The notes: generated by a model from the sequence alone, not told the origin. A stretch of 64,000 nt of DNA from Candidatus Hadarchaeum sp. (GCF_038871235.1 NZ_JAVZIN010000005.1:1-64000), one strand, 5' to 3'. Counted from the stretch's first letter, positions 37,456 to 47,445 are shown. Numbers and translations: made by a program.

Positions 37456-37986
37456 ATGGAAGAAGTTATTCTGTGGACACTGCTGATTTTCTTGGCTCGG
37501 CTGACGGATGTCTCAATGGGAACCATGCGCACTATTCTCATAATCAGGGGTAGACGAGGAATAGCGGCTTTTTCAGCTTTTTTTGAGATAATGGTCTGGG
37601 TGCTGGCAGTTAGCCGGGTAATAACTCAACTTGATCGCTGGTATTACATCGTTGCCTTTGCCTTTGGCTTTGCCTGCGGAAATTATCTCGGCAGTTATCT
37701 GGAGGATAAAATCGCGATGGGTTATTGCTTCGCCTATGTTGTCCCCAACCAAAAACGAACAAAACTGGCAGATATTCTCAGGAAAAATGGTTTTGGCGTG
37801 ACGGTATTAAAAGGAGAGGGACTAAAAGGAACTGAATTTGTCTACAACATAGTTCTGAGGAGAAGGGACACCCATCGATTTATAAAAACTCTTGAAGCCA
37901 ACGACAAAAAGGCCTTTTATACCATAATGGACATCCATGCCTTGCATGGCGGATATATGCGACGGGCCACCAAAAGAAAGATTTAA
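37456..37986 (+). CDS. DUF2179/DUF5698 membrane protein
   Basis: IF.ARL.DVS.GT.R, FFE...W, FA.GFA.GNY.G, LR..GFGVT. Confidence 0.8.
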   Translation: MEEVILWTLLIFLARLTDVSMGTMRTILIIRGRRGIAAFSAFFEIMVWVLAVSRVITQLDRWYYIVAFAFGFACGNYLGSYLEDKIAMGYCFAYVVPNQKRTKLADILRKNGFGVTVLKGEGLKGTEFVYNIVLRRRDTHRFIKTLEANDKKAFYTIMDIHALHGGYMRRATKRKI

Positions 37987-38019
37987 TTAAATAACCAATC
38001 AAGAACTAAATTCGAACCT

Positions 38020-38817
38020 ATGTCCGAGAATATTTTCAAGAAGATTAATGAACTTTTAGAAAAGGGCGAAACCTTCGCGATCGTGACTATAGTCAGGACT
38101 GAAGGATCCACGCCGAGAAAGGCTGGAGCCAAGATGATCGTCATGCCAGATGGTGGAACCTTTGGAACCATCGGTGGTGACTGTGTGGAAGCAGGAGCGG
38201 TGGCCGAGGCCCTCGAGGCCCTAAAGGAGGGCAAGCCGAAAACATTTACCGTGGCATTAAAGGAGGAAGAACTAGGTGGCATTGGGATGAAGTGCGGTGG
38301 AATGGTTGAGGTGTACATAGAGGTCATCAATCCCGCACCAAGGCTTTTGATCATCGGCGGGGGAAACATTGGAACACAGCTGGCAAAGCTAGGCCATGAT
38401 GTCGGCTTCGCTGTTACTGTTGTCGACCCAGCTGCAAAAAAGGAAAACTTTCCTGAATATGTTGAGGTCGTGCCCGAGCCTGTAGAGAAGGGAATAAAAA
38501 TGACTTCGATCACTCCTCAGACCTACATCGTCATCGCCACCGGACACAAATACGATGAAGATGCGCTTAAAGCCGCGATCAACACTAACGCGGCTTACAT
38601 CGGGATGGTCGGAAGCAAAAGAAAAGCCGCTGTAACTCTTAAAAAATTAATTGAAGAAGGTATGCCTGAAGAAAAAGTTAAAATGGTGCATACGCCGGTG
38701 GGTCTAGACATCGGCGCTGAGACCCCTGAGGAAATTGCCATCAGCATAATGGCAGAAATAATAAAGGAGCGTCGAAAACCCAACGCCTCCGGCAACAGTC
38801 TTAAAATTTCCATTTAA
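38020..38817 (+). CDS. xdhC: XdhC/CoxI molybdenum hydroxylase accessory protein
   Basis: GSTPR.AGA.M, GTIGG.CVE, CGG, YIGMVGS.RK, PVGLDIGAETPEEIA. Confidence 0.9.
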   Translation: MSENIFKKINELLEKGETFAIVTIVRTEGSTPRKAGAKMIVMPDGGTFGTIGGDCVEAGAVAEALEALKEGKPKTFTVALKEEELGGIGMKCGGMVEVYIEVINPAPRLLIIGGGNIGTQLAKLGHDVGFAVTVVDPAAKKENFPEYVEVVPEPVEKGIKMTSITPQTYIVIATGHKYDEDALKAAINTNAAYIGMVGSKRKAAVTLKKLIEEGMPEEKVKMVHTPVGLDIGAETPEEIAISIMAEIIKERRKPNASGNSLKISI

Positions 38818-39373
38818 AAGCTTCAAGACCCTCAGGGGTGTCGATATCGGTAATTGCCCATTCTCCTGATTCTAAGGTTCTGAGATCTTCTTTGTGCCTA
38901 TGAATGACATCTCTCAGAAACTGATCTTTACCTAGGCCCAAGATTTCATCAAATAAGCTCCTATCAAACAAGACGGGGTGTCCTTTCTTACCTTTGACGA
39001 CTGGACAAACTACCTTGGCACCGTTTTTCCAAACCTCTATCGCCTTTTTCAAGAAGTCAACCTCGACCAATGGTTGATCTCCCAAGGCCACAAAAACGGC
39101 ATCGAAGTCTTTCAGCATTTTTAATCCTTCTTTAACCGAGGTCACCATACCATCCAGATAGTTAACGTTAACCGTCCACTTCACATCCAACCTCCTCAGA
39201 AGAGGTATGAGTAGTTCAGGTCTGTGCCCCAGTACGACCACGATTTCATCCACAACCTTTTTGAAGGAGTCTATCACCCACTCCAGCATCGGCCGTCCCT
39301 TTATCTCAAGAAGTAGCTTCTGAGTCCCCATCCGTCTTGACTCGCCTGCACCAAGAATAACAGCACCGATCAC
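38801..39373 (-). CDS. mocA: MocA-like molybdenum cofactor nucleotidyltransferase
   Basis: ILGAGESRRMG..K, GM..S...G, LGDQP, GHPVLF, DIDTPE. Confidence 0.85.
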   Translation of the reverse strand: MIGAVILGAGESRRMGTQKLLLEIKGRPMLEWVIDSFKKVVDEIVVVLGHRPELLIPLLRRLDVKWTVNVNYLDGMVTSVKEGLKMLKDFDAVFVALGDQPLVEVDFLKKAIEVWKNGAKVVCPVVKGKKGHPVLFDRSLFDEILGLGKDQFLRDVIHRHKEDLRTLESGEWAITDIDTPEGLEAFKWKF

Positions 39374-39472
39374 AATATCTCATCTAATGGGACCTAATTA
39401 AAACCCTGCGCGCCAATGAGCGAAAACAAAATATTATTAAAAAAAGAGTTGATGAAAGTATGAGAATCTAAG

Positions 39473-39889
39473 ATGATTGACTTAAAAATGACCCACCTGA
39501 CCAAAAAACAATTCGAGATTCTTAAGCGGAGAATAGCCGGTAAAAGCCTCAGCGAGATCGCCAAAGAGTTGCACACGAGCAGGGCCAACGTCAGCTCCAT
39601 AGCCAAAACAGCCGAGGAAAACGTAAGGAAATCCAAAAACACTTTGAAGCTGATTGAAATGATAGACTGGCCTATAAAAATAGAAGCCAAAGCCGGGTCA
39701 AATGTATACGAAATTTCTGAAAAAGTTTTTCATGAGGCCGATCTAAGGAAAATCAAGATTGCCCACGATTACTCTGAAATCGTAAGGATGATAACCAAGG
39801 TACTCGGGACAGCGGGGCTCAGGCGCAGGAAAGCCCTGAAAGACTTCATCATTTTCGTCAGTGGTGATGGCCGGGTTGAGGTCCTTTAA
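39473..39889 (+). CDS. Tfx family DNA-binding protein
   Basis: LT.KQ.EIL..R..G.S..EIA.EL.TSRANVS.I...A.EN..K..NTL. Confidence 0.8.
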   Translation: MIDLKMTHLTKKQFEILKRRIAGKSLSEIAKELHTSRANVSSIAKTAEENVRKSKNTLKLIEMIDWPIKIEAKAGSNVYEISEKVFHEADLRKIKIAHDYSEIVRMITKVLGTAGLRRRKALKDFIIFVSGDGRVEVL

Positions 39890-39941
39890 AGAGTCGCTTT
39901 ATGACAACTCTCCCCTCGGACAAAATTTACTCTAAAATTGC

Positions 39942-40397
39942 TCAAAATCTCCGGCTGCCACCGTAGTGGCCACGGCTCCGGTAGTCACGTCTCGGTCTAA
40001 ACGGCCTGCGCTCCTGCTGATGCTCCGTCGCGCTGAGATCCACCTCAGTGTTAACGTCCTTTATTTCCTGACCCGTCTTCGTCATCTTTCCATATTTACC
40101 TATATTGAGGCGCATATGGCCCTGCACCAGAGAGACATAGCCGTTTTCTATCGACAGAACATCTCCTTCACATACCGATCCTATTTGCTCCTGCCAAAGC
40201 GAAAGTAAAATCGTGCCCGTCTCGTCCCCCACGCGAGCGTCGGCCACCTTTTTCGGCTCTCCACCGAATCTATCTGGTATCTCCTTGGGCTCCCCGATGC
40301 TCATCACTTTAACCGTGAGATTTACTCGCCTTGATTGCGGCGTGAGATCCTTCACCTTCACCGTTTGTGCCGAAGGACTTTCCCTCGATATTTCCAT
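39942..40397 (-). CDS. ssb: Single OB-fold single-stranded DNA-binding protein with Arg/Gly-rich tail
   Basis: KVKDL....RVN.TVKV, VGDETG.I..SLW, IENGY, LNIGKYG. Confidence 0.85.
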   Translation of the reverse strand: MEISRESPSAQTVKVKDLTPQSRRVNLTVKVMSIGEPKEIPDRFGGEPKKVADARVGDETGTILLSLWQEQIGSVCEGDVLSIENGYVSLVQGHMRLNIGKYGKMTKTGQEIKDVNTEVDLSATEHQQERRPFRPRRDYRSRGHYGGSRRF

Positions 40398-40518
40398 CTA
40401 TATGCCCGACTCCCCCTATGGCTTCCAAGTATAAATAGCGAGTTGGTGGTGAAAGTTTAACCTGTAAACCTCAAAATCGTTTTTATACCTCCAGATTAGT
40501 TTAAGATAAGTTGATAAT

Positions 40519-42120
40519 ATGGTGTCGGAGTTCAGAATAGAAAAGCTACGGCACAACGGAGTCATAATCCCTACCTATGAGCCAATGGGCTTCTCCATTA
40601 GGTTGCGGGGAAAGACAATAAAGCTGAGCCCGGAACAGGAGGAAATGGCTGTGGCTTGGGTCAAAAAACTTGGAACTGACTACGTGAAAGATCCCGTTTT
40701 TGCGAAAAACTTCGGCACCGATTTCTCGAAAGCACTAGGCCTTGAGGAGCCGGTGCCCATCGAGGAGTTCGATTTCTCGGAGATCATCAAGTGGGTCGAA
40801 AGTGAAAAAGCAAAAAAGGAAAACATGAGCCGTGAAGAAAAGAAGAAGCTCGCGGAAGCCAAAAAGAAAGCCCGGGAGGAAAACAAACTGAAGTATGGTT
40901 ACGCTGAAGTAAATGGACAGCAGGTGGAGATCGCCAACTACACCGTGGAGCCACCCTGTATATTCATGGGGCGTGGCTCGCACCCGCTACGAGGGAGATG
41001 GAAACCGAGAGTGAATTATGAGGACATTATCCTCAATCTCTCGGAAGATGCACCCACGCCACCGACACCAGTAGGGCACAGCTGGGGTGGCAGGGTCTTC
41101 GAGCCCGAATCTCTATGGATAGCCAAGTGGAGAGATAAACTGACTGGTGAACTGAAATACGTCTGGGTGGCTGACAGCGCCTTTTTCAAACAAGAACGCG
41201 AGAAGGACAAATTTGACAAGGCTAACGAACTTGAAAAAATCATAGACAAGGTTCGAACCCACATAAATGAAAACCTCAATTCAGAGGACGTCATGCGCCG
41301 CAAGATAGCCACGGTTGCCTACCTCATCGACACTTTGAAGATGAGGGTGGGTGACGAAAAGGACGAGGATGAAGCAGATACTGTTGGAGCCACAACTCTA
41401 CGAGGCTGTCATGTACAGTTCGAAGACTCGGACACGGTAAAATTCGATTTTTTAGGAAAGGACGCCGTGAGATGGACGAAGAGCCTCAAGCCACCAGCCG
41501 TCGTAATCCGGAACCTGAAATCCTTCATCAACGGACCTGACAAGCCAATTTTTGAAGGCATTCGCTCGGAGATGGTAAATGATTTTCTAGGCGAAGTTGC
41601 TCCTTGGTTAACGGCAAAAGTTTTCCGAACCTACCACGCCACCAAGGTAGTCAGAGAATTCCTTAGCAAGAGCAAGGTGAAACCAGAGGATCCTGAATTC
41701 AAAAAGAAATATGTGGCCACCATGGCAAACCTTGAAGCTGCGATTACCTGTAACCACAAGAGGAAGCTTCCGAAAAACTGGGAGATCTCGTTAGAAAAAA
41801 AGAAGGAGAGAGTAAAAGCACTTGAGGCAAAGCTTGAAGAAGTCATGAAAAAACCAAAAACGCCAGCACGAGAAAGACAGATGAAAAAACTAAAGGAGAA
41901 GATAAAGGAAGCCAAATTAAAAGTTGAACTCGCAACTGCCACAAGAGACTACAACTTGGGAACCTCCCTCAAAAGCTACATCGATCCGCGGGCTTTTGTT
42001 AACTGGGCTAAAAAGGTTTCTTACGATTGGAGAAAATACTATCCCAAGACACTGCAGCGGAAATATGCTTGGGTTGACGAGAGAGAGGAGAAATTCCCCA
42101 CCAGACAGACGGGTGATTGA
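40519..42120 (+). CDS. DNA topoisomerase IB (eukaryote-like)
   Basis: L.HNGV, Y.VEPP..F.GRG.HP.RG, catalytic R (MRVGDEK), K (DFLGKD), R (AKVFRTY), H (CNHKR), Y (TSLKSYIDP). Confidence 0.95.
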   Translation: MVSEFRIEKLRHNGVIIPTYEPMGFSIRLRGKTIKLSPEQEEMAVAWVKKLGTDYVKDPVFAKNFGTDFSKALGLEEPVPIEEFDFSEIIKWVESEKAKKENMSREEKKKLAEAKKKAREENKLKYGYAEVNGQQVEIANYTVEPPCIFMGRGSHPLRGRWKPRVNYEDIILNLSEDAPTPPTPVGHSWGGRVFEPESLWIAKWRDKLTGELKYVWVADSAFFKQEREKDKFDKANELEKIIDKVRTHINENLNSEDVMRRKIATVAYLIDTLKMRVGDEKDEDEADTVGATTLRGCHVQFEDSDTVKFDFLGKDAVRWTKSLKPPAVVIRNLKSFINGPDKPIFEGIRSEMVNDFLGEVAPWLTAKVFRTYHATKVVREFLSKSKVKPEDPEFKKKYVATMANLEAAITCNHKRKLPKNWEISLEKKKERVKALEAKLEEVMKKPKTPARERQMKKLKEKIKEAKLKVELATATRDYNLGTSLKSYIDPRAFVNWAKKVSYDWRKYYPKTLQRKYAWVDEREEKFPTRQTGD

Positions 42121-42130
42121 AGTTCCCAAG

Positions 42131-42655
42131 TTAACCTTGGAACTCCTCAAATCCGACTATCTGATTCAAGCGCTTCTTTTTACGGACCAGATGAAGTAGC
42201 TTTGCCATCAGATCGAACTTTTTGCGGGGATATCCCAACGCCAAAAGTGCAATCACCTTATAGTGATCCGGGATTCCTAAAATATCCTTAACCAAGTCCT
42301 CATCAAAGCTGCCCACCCAGCAGGTCCCCAGCCCCTCCGCCGTGGCCGCTATGACCATATTTTGCATCGCAATGGAAACGTCAACCACATGCCATTTTGG
42401 TGAGGACTTGGTATCGCCGCAGCCAACTATCACAACAGGTGCTTCCTTGAGAAAACCGGCAAACCTGCCGCTTTTGGCGATCTTTTCCCTCTTCTCGGCA
42501 TCGGTGACTACGATGAAGTACCAAGGCTGAACATTTTTCGCCGAAGGGGCTAAACGTGCCGCTTCAAGGATTTTCTCAATTTTATCCTTTGGGACCGGTA
42601 CCTTCTCGTAGGCCCGAATTGACCTACGCACCCGGATGGCCTCAAAAACCTCCAT
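42131..42655 (-). CDS. Nitroreductase family protein
   Basis: RRSIR.Y, APSA.N.QPW.F, GLGTCWVG. Confidence 0.9.
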   Translation of the reverse strand: MEVFEAIRVRRSIRAYEKVPVPKDKIEKILEAARLAPSAKNVQPWYFIVVTDAEKREKIAKSGRFAGFLKEAPVVIVGCGDTKSSPKWHVVDVSIAMQNMVIAATAEGLGTCWVGSFDEDLVKDILGIPDHYKVIALLALGYPRKKFDLMAKLLHLVRKKKRLNQIVGFEEFQG

Positions 42656-42854
42656 TTTTGCCCCAATTCTGAATAAATTCTTGCTCTTAATTTTATTGTT
42701 GGTGTCGTGATAAATTTCAGCAACATGAATTCAAGTGATACTTCTTCCACCAAGTTATGGAACTCGTCCACTTCCCCAGGTAACCCGTTACCGGAAAAAT
42801 AGTGAAGTCACAATTAATCCTTTTAGAACATCTAACTAGATTAACTTTGATTAC

Positions 42855-43220
42855 ATGGGGGCCTTAGACTATCTAGCCATGGCTGTTCTCGCTGCCATTT
42901 TCATCGGCTTTGGCTTTGCCATGTATTTCAATTATCAGCAGGGCGCTGCCGAGAGGGAATTTGAATTCCAAGCCCAAACTCTGGCCGAGCGAATCAGAGC
43001 CATGGCATCTCAAGATGTCGGGGCAACTGAATATATGGAAATTTTCGTTCCGGCAGGATGTGAACTCGCATTCCATGACAACTCAGTGACAATAAAAATT
43101 GGCAGCAATTCAAGGAGTTTTCCTGTAGGAATCCAAGTCAGCGGGGTCGAATACAGCGGGCAAAAATTAAACCTTATCATCCGCCGTTCTGAGGATGGAG
43201 TATATGTCAGTACAAGCTGA
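42855..43220 (+). CDS. Putative pilin-like protein
   Basis: MG|ALDYLAMAVLAAIF N-terminal helix, small beta-rich domain. Confidence 0.55.
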   Translation: MGALDYLAMAVLAAIFIGFGFAMYFNYQQGAAEREFEFQAQTLAERIRAMASQDVGATEYMEIFVPAGCELAFHDNSVTIKIGSNSRSFPVGIQVSGVEYSGQKLNLIIRRSEDGVYVSTS

Positions 43221-44250
43221 TGAAAAAGGCGCCCACAATCTGCCCCTGATAATATTATTTGGTTCTACTCTAGCCATGCTGTTCGCCATTTTGTTCATCT
43301 CCGTGTATGATCAGCAGCTTAATGCCTTGGTCGATCAGCAGGCTGAATCACTTGTGGATGAACTCGCCAAGACTGCCTTTAACTCAACATCCGGGGGGCT
43401 GTACTACATGGACCTACCGAAGGACCTAGGTGGCAGCACCTACTCCATCAACGTAAAGGATAACAGCATTTTTGTGGTGAACATCCTGTCGGGCAGAAGA
43501 GCGGGGGTCTCTTATTCAGCCTTGGTTAACTCCACCATCACTGTGGAGGACGAAAACTTCTTACCCGGAGGCCGAATCTTTTTCATGTTCAACGGAAATA
43601 CCATCATCATCAGCGCCTCACCCATAACAGCAAGTCCGGATAAAATGATCCGCGTTTCAGCCACAGAACCGCCACAGTTCTACCACTTCTCCAAAAAGTC
43701 ACCCAAAGAAGCCGCCGCAATCGTTGCCGCTTATTTTAACACGGAGGAACACTACCCTGAAGAAAATTTGGCCGTTCTAGCCTACACTTGGGAAAGTGAA
43801 AGCTCCATTCTGGTAAAGATAAGAAAAGATGCCGAAGATATCATCATGCGCGTCACCGGCAGTGAAAACCTGACCAAGATTGGAGCGATCGAAAACTGGT
43901 GGGTCGTTGTGTCTCTGGAAGTCGCCGCAATTGATGACAACTTTAATTGGATGGCCTGCCCATCGCTAGAGAACGCTTATCTAACTGGATGGTTGCACGC
44001 TCCCGAAGCAGTTCTCAAACATCTCAGATCTAGAACATGGAGTCGTGTAAGCGACAACTTAATCGTGGTCGTGCCATCAGACGCCAAAATTCAGGCCTCC
44101 GCAGTAACGACAAAGGTATCAACTTACCCTGCTTGGAGAGTTCAGTTCGGAGATTATGTTATCTTTTACCAGATGCTTCCCTGGTGGGAAATGGAAAACA
44201 CTGCCGGGTTTGTCTTCCAATCGTCACCCGAGCTTAAACCGCTCACATGA
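43204..44250 (+). CDS. Class III signal peptide (pilin-like) surface protein
   Basis: DEKG|AHNLPLIILFG cleavage pattern. Confidence 0.6.
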   Translation: MSVQADEKGAHNLPLIILFGSTLAMLFAILFISVYDQQLNALVDQQAESLVDELAKTAFNSTSGGLYYMDLPKDLGGSTYSINVKDNSIFVVNILSGRRAGVSYSALVNSTITVEDENFLPGGRIFFMFNGNTIIISASPITASPDKMIRVSATEPPQFYHFSKKSPKEAAAIVAAYFNTEEHYPEENLAVLAYTWESESSILVKIRKDAEDIIMRVTGSENLTKIGAIENWWVVVSLEVAAIDDNFNWMACPSLENAYLTGWLHAPEAVLKHLRSRTWSRVSDNLIVVVPSDAKIQASAVTTKVSTYPAWRVQFGDYVIFYQMLPWWEMENTAGFVFQSSPELKPLT

Positions 44251-44252
44251 CT

Positions 44253-45488
44253 TCAAGAATACAACACTACTTCCACTTCTTGCCCGGCCTCGAGTCTTTC
44301 CACATTTTCCGGCACCATTATAAAACCGTCTGCTCTGGTCATTGAGCTGAAAGCACTAGAGCCAGTTATCGCTATCGGCTCGGCTAAAATTGCCCTCTGC
44401 TCCCGCCTCAAACAGACTCTCACCACCTCAAGCCTGCCCAAAGCAGAACTAATCTTGCGCGCCAGCTTGGCCCGGACACGGCAACGACCAAAATCGGGAG
44501 GTAGACGCTGCATTGCCAAAAGGGCTGGTCTGACCAGAAGCTCAAACCCCACCAGTGCCGCTGCCGGGAACCCTGAGAGGGCAAAAACTGGTTTTCCTCC
44601 AACTATCCCAAAACCCGAGGGGCTCCCTGGCCTGGTCGCCACCCCGTGGAAGAGTAACTCACCGATTTCGGCTATTGCGTCGGGAACCAAATCCTTTTCC
44701 CCAACGGAGCTGCCACCGGAAACAATAACCATGTCGTATACAGCCGCCTTACGCAGAGTTCGCTTGATGACTTCGAAATCGTCCGGAGCGATTCCTAAGA
44801 TTTTCGGTAGCCCACCGCAACTTTGAACACAGGCCGAGAGTGAATGGGCGTTTGCGTTAACCAACTTCGCTGGAGGCGGTTTTTCGCCGGGCTCCACCAA
44901 TTCACTGCCTGTGGCTAATATCCCAACAACAGGTTTTCTGACCACTTCTATCCTTAACTTGCCTATCGCCGCCAACATTCCTATCTCCTGAGGGCGGAGC
45001 AACTGGCCTTTTTTCAAGGCAATCTCGCCGGCACGGACGTCCTCACCCATGGCTGAGACATTCTTGCCTGGGGTGACTGAAACGAACACCTTAAGTCTAT
45101 TGCCATCCAGCTTGGTATTCTCGACCATCACCGCTGCGTCGGACCCCAAAGGCATCACGGCACCGGTCATTATCTTTGCCGCTTCACCTTTTTTCAAACG
45201 AAGCTTGGGCTGAAAGCCGATCTCAACGGAACCCACCACGCGCAGTTCCACCGGTCTCTGCACGCTGGCCCCGAAGGTATCGCTTGCCCTGACAGCGTAA
45301 CCATCAACGGCGGAGCGGTCGAACGGAGGAACATTAACCTCAGAAACCACGTCCTCAGCAAGAACTCGGCCCAGACCTTTTTCTAATGACACGCTTTCTG
45401 AGTCCAGCGGTTTTATCTTAGAGAATATTATCTTAAGCGCCTCGGAAAGCCTCGTGTACTGGGAGAAGCCGCGCATTCTGACTGACAT
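44253..45488 (-). CDS. moeA: Molybdopterin molybdenumtransferase MoeA (second paralog)
   Basis: GRVLAEDV, PPFDRSAVDGYAV, IMTGA, SGGSSVG.KD. Confidence 0.95.
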   Translation of the reverse strand: MSVRMRGFSQYTRLSEALKIIFSKIKPLDSESVSLEKGLGRVLAEDVVSEVNVPPFDRSAVDGYAVRASDTFGASVQRPVELRVVGSVEIGFQPKLRLKKGEAAKIMTGAVMPLGSDAAVMVENTKLDGNRLKVFVSVTPGKNVSAMGEDVRAGEIALKKGQLLRPQEIGMLAAIGKLRIEVVRKPVVGILATGSELVEPGEKPPPAKLVNANAHSLSACVQSCGGLPKILGIAPDDFEVIKRTLRKAAVYDMVIVSGGSSVGEKDLVPDAIAEIGELLFHGVATRPGSPSGFGIVGGKPVFALSGFPAAALVGFELLVRPALLAMQRLPPDFGRCRVRAKLARKISSALGRLEVVRVCLRREQRAILAEPIAITGSSAFSSMTRADGFIMVPENVERLEAGQEVEVVLYS

Positions 45489-45489
45489 C

Positions 45490-46005
45490 TCATTCACGCG
45501 CATGCTTGACGATGTGCCCCAGTTCAGGAAGGATCAAACTCATGCCGGTTTCGACGGCATTAGGGGCTCCGGGAAGGCAAAAAACTGGCTTGCCTTTGAT
45601 TATGCCTGCAGACGCTCGAGTCAGTAAAGCGGGTGTCCCCACCATATCATAACCGACCCGGCGAAGAATCTCTCCGAAACCTGGGAGCTCCTTCTCATAG
45701 AGCGGGGTTATCGTCTCTATTGTGACGTCTCTCCTAGCGATGCCCGTCCCACCGGTGATTATTATTGCATTGATTCTGTCATCCTTTAAAAATTCCTTCA
45801 CCGCTCGGCGAATCTTCGTCTTTTCATCAGGGACTATCATCCTCAGCGCTTCATGACCGGACTCCCGAGCTTTCTGGACGATGATCTTTCCAGAAACATC
45901 TTCATCCAGTCCTTTCTCCATCGCTGCCGACCTCGTGTCGCTGACCACAAGCACGGCGATCCTGAGCTTTTTCGGTGCTTTTTTTCTGTGTTCCTCAAAA
46001 CTCAA
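45490..46005 (-). CDS. moaB: MoaB/MogA molybdopterin adenylyltransferase
   Basis: VSDTR, DVSG, TGGTG...RDVT.E, PGFGE..R, LPGAP. Confidence 0.9.
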   Translation of the reverse strand: MSFEEHRKKAPKKLRIAVLVVSDTRSAAMEKGLDEDVSGKIIVQKARESGHEALRMIVPDEKTKIRRAVKEFLKDDRINAIIITGGTGIARRDVTIETITPLYEKELPGFGEILRRVGYDMVGTPALLTRASAGIIKGKPVFCLPGAPNAVETGMSLILPELGHIVKHARE

Positions 46006-46436
46006 CTTTTCACCTTCTTAACCACGCGAATCTCTTCTATAGCTGTGGTTGGATATTGACCCGCCTCATCTTTTTCCAACCCTTTCACCATATCCCAGAT
46101 AGCTAGAAGCGCTCCGGCCACCCCAGCTAAAGCCTCCATTTCAACTCCAGTCTGCCCGACGCTTCTTACCTCCACCTCGGCACGGACGCCGTTGTCTTCA
46201 ATCTTGAGGTCAACATCAACACCTGTGATCGGGATGGGGTGGGTAAGAGGAATCATATCGGTTGTCCTCTTCACAGCCATTATCGCCGCCGTCTGCGCCA
46301 CCGCAAAAACATCTCCCTTTGGTACTTCCTTTGATCGTATTTTTTTCAGGGTTTCTTTCTTAAGACGGATGAAGCCGCTGGCACGAGACATTCGAAACTC
46401 CTTCTTTTTCCCCCCAATGTCGACCATATGGACCAT
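46002..46436 (-). CDS. moaC: Cyclic pyranopterin monophosphate synthase MoaC
   Basis: MVDI..K, KGDV, IPL.HP, TGVEMEAL, WDMVK. Confidence 0.95.
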   Translation of the reverse strand: MVHMVDIGGKKKEFRMSRASGFIRLKKETLKKIRSKEVPKGDVFAVAQTAAIMAVKRTTDMIPLTHPIPITGVDVDLKIEDNGVRAEVEVRSVGQTGVEMEALAGVAGALLAIWDMVKGLEKDEAGQYPTTAIEEIRVVKKVKS

Positions 46437-46525
46437 GATATCACTTTAGAAAAATCGCTGTAGCGAAATATAAGTTTGGGTGGAGATATAATTGGCCTAA
46501 AACCGGCCACAACTCTGATGTGTCG

Positions 46526-46807
46526 CTAGTAATACATGGGGCTGATGTGGCGCTCCTCAACCGGCATCCAAATGAAGGTTCTCCCCATCTTTTCGCGCCT
46601 GACTCTTCCCGAACACTCCAAATGCTTCAGTACTTGATTGACCTCCCTGACCTTCCAGTTTAAGGCCTTGGCAATATCGGCCGAGTTGTACAGTCCGAAT
46701 CTCCTGACGACAAACTCCACCACGCTTCTCTTTATCTCCATGGTTAGATCTTCCTCGCTCTCGAAATCGTCTTCCTCTTCCTCAACGTAGATTGGGGCCT
46801 CCCTCAT
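46526..46807 (-). CDS. Small winged-helix protein with acidic N-terminus
   Basis: SADIAKAL......VNQVLKHLE.SG.V HTH; ends PMYY. Confidence 0.65.
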   Translation of the reverse strand: MREAPIYVEEEEDDFESEEDLTMEIKRSVVEFVVRRFGLYNSADIAKALNWKVREVNQVLKHLECSGRVRREKMGRTFIWMPVEERHISPMYY

Positions 46808-46826
46808 TTAAATCACCAATAACAAT

Positions 46827-47249
46827 TCAGCTAGTCTTTAATTTAAACTGCGCCTCTGTGACCAAATCTTCAAAAACCTCCTCGGACAAAACCTCTCCCA
46901 ACCCAATGCCAGGACAATCATCAGCAAAATTGAAAATATATTTGTTATCCTTCTTACAAACTGAAAAGGGATAAAAGCGACAAACCAAAGGACGAATATC
47001 ATAAATTCTGCAAGCTTTACCATCCAAAAAAAGGCATTTACCTCCCCTCTTTTTCATCTTGTATTGATAAGCTCCTTTATTTGAAATCGGTGTCGCGAAA
47101 GCGAGAGGACTCAAACCAGTTTTTTCGGAGATCTCCTCGACCTCACTTTTGGTCAGAAGCAGGTTTCTGCCGCGATGCGATGTGTCGCCGCAGCATCTGG
47201 CACATCGCTGGCACTCAAAGCGCATATTTTTCGGCACGAGAAGATTCAT
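46827..47249 (-). CDS. YkgJ/CxxCxxCC cysteine-cluster protein
   Basis: FECQRCARCC, C.FL....C.IY..RP.VCR.YPF, CPGIG. Confidence 0.9.
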   Translation of the reverse strand: MNLLVPKNMRFECQRCARCCGDTSHRGRNLLLTKSEVEEISEKTGLSPLAFATPISNKGAYQYKMKKRGGKCLFLDGKACRIYDIRPLVCRFYPFSVCKKDNKYIFNFADDCPGIGLGEVLSEEVFEDLVTEAQFKLKTS

Positions 47250-47445
47250 GGTTAAAACTCTCGAAACATAAGATATAACTTTTTCGCTTTTGATCAAATT
47301 TAAAACCAAATTTTTACGCCGCTTGTGGAAACAAACAGGCCCACGTCTGCCTAAAATTGAAAAAACTTTAGTCTTCAAAAATGACCAATTTAAAGGAAGC
47401 GACCGGTGCAATAAACTAAAAAACGTTTGGAGATAATTGGTATCA

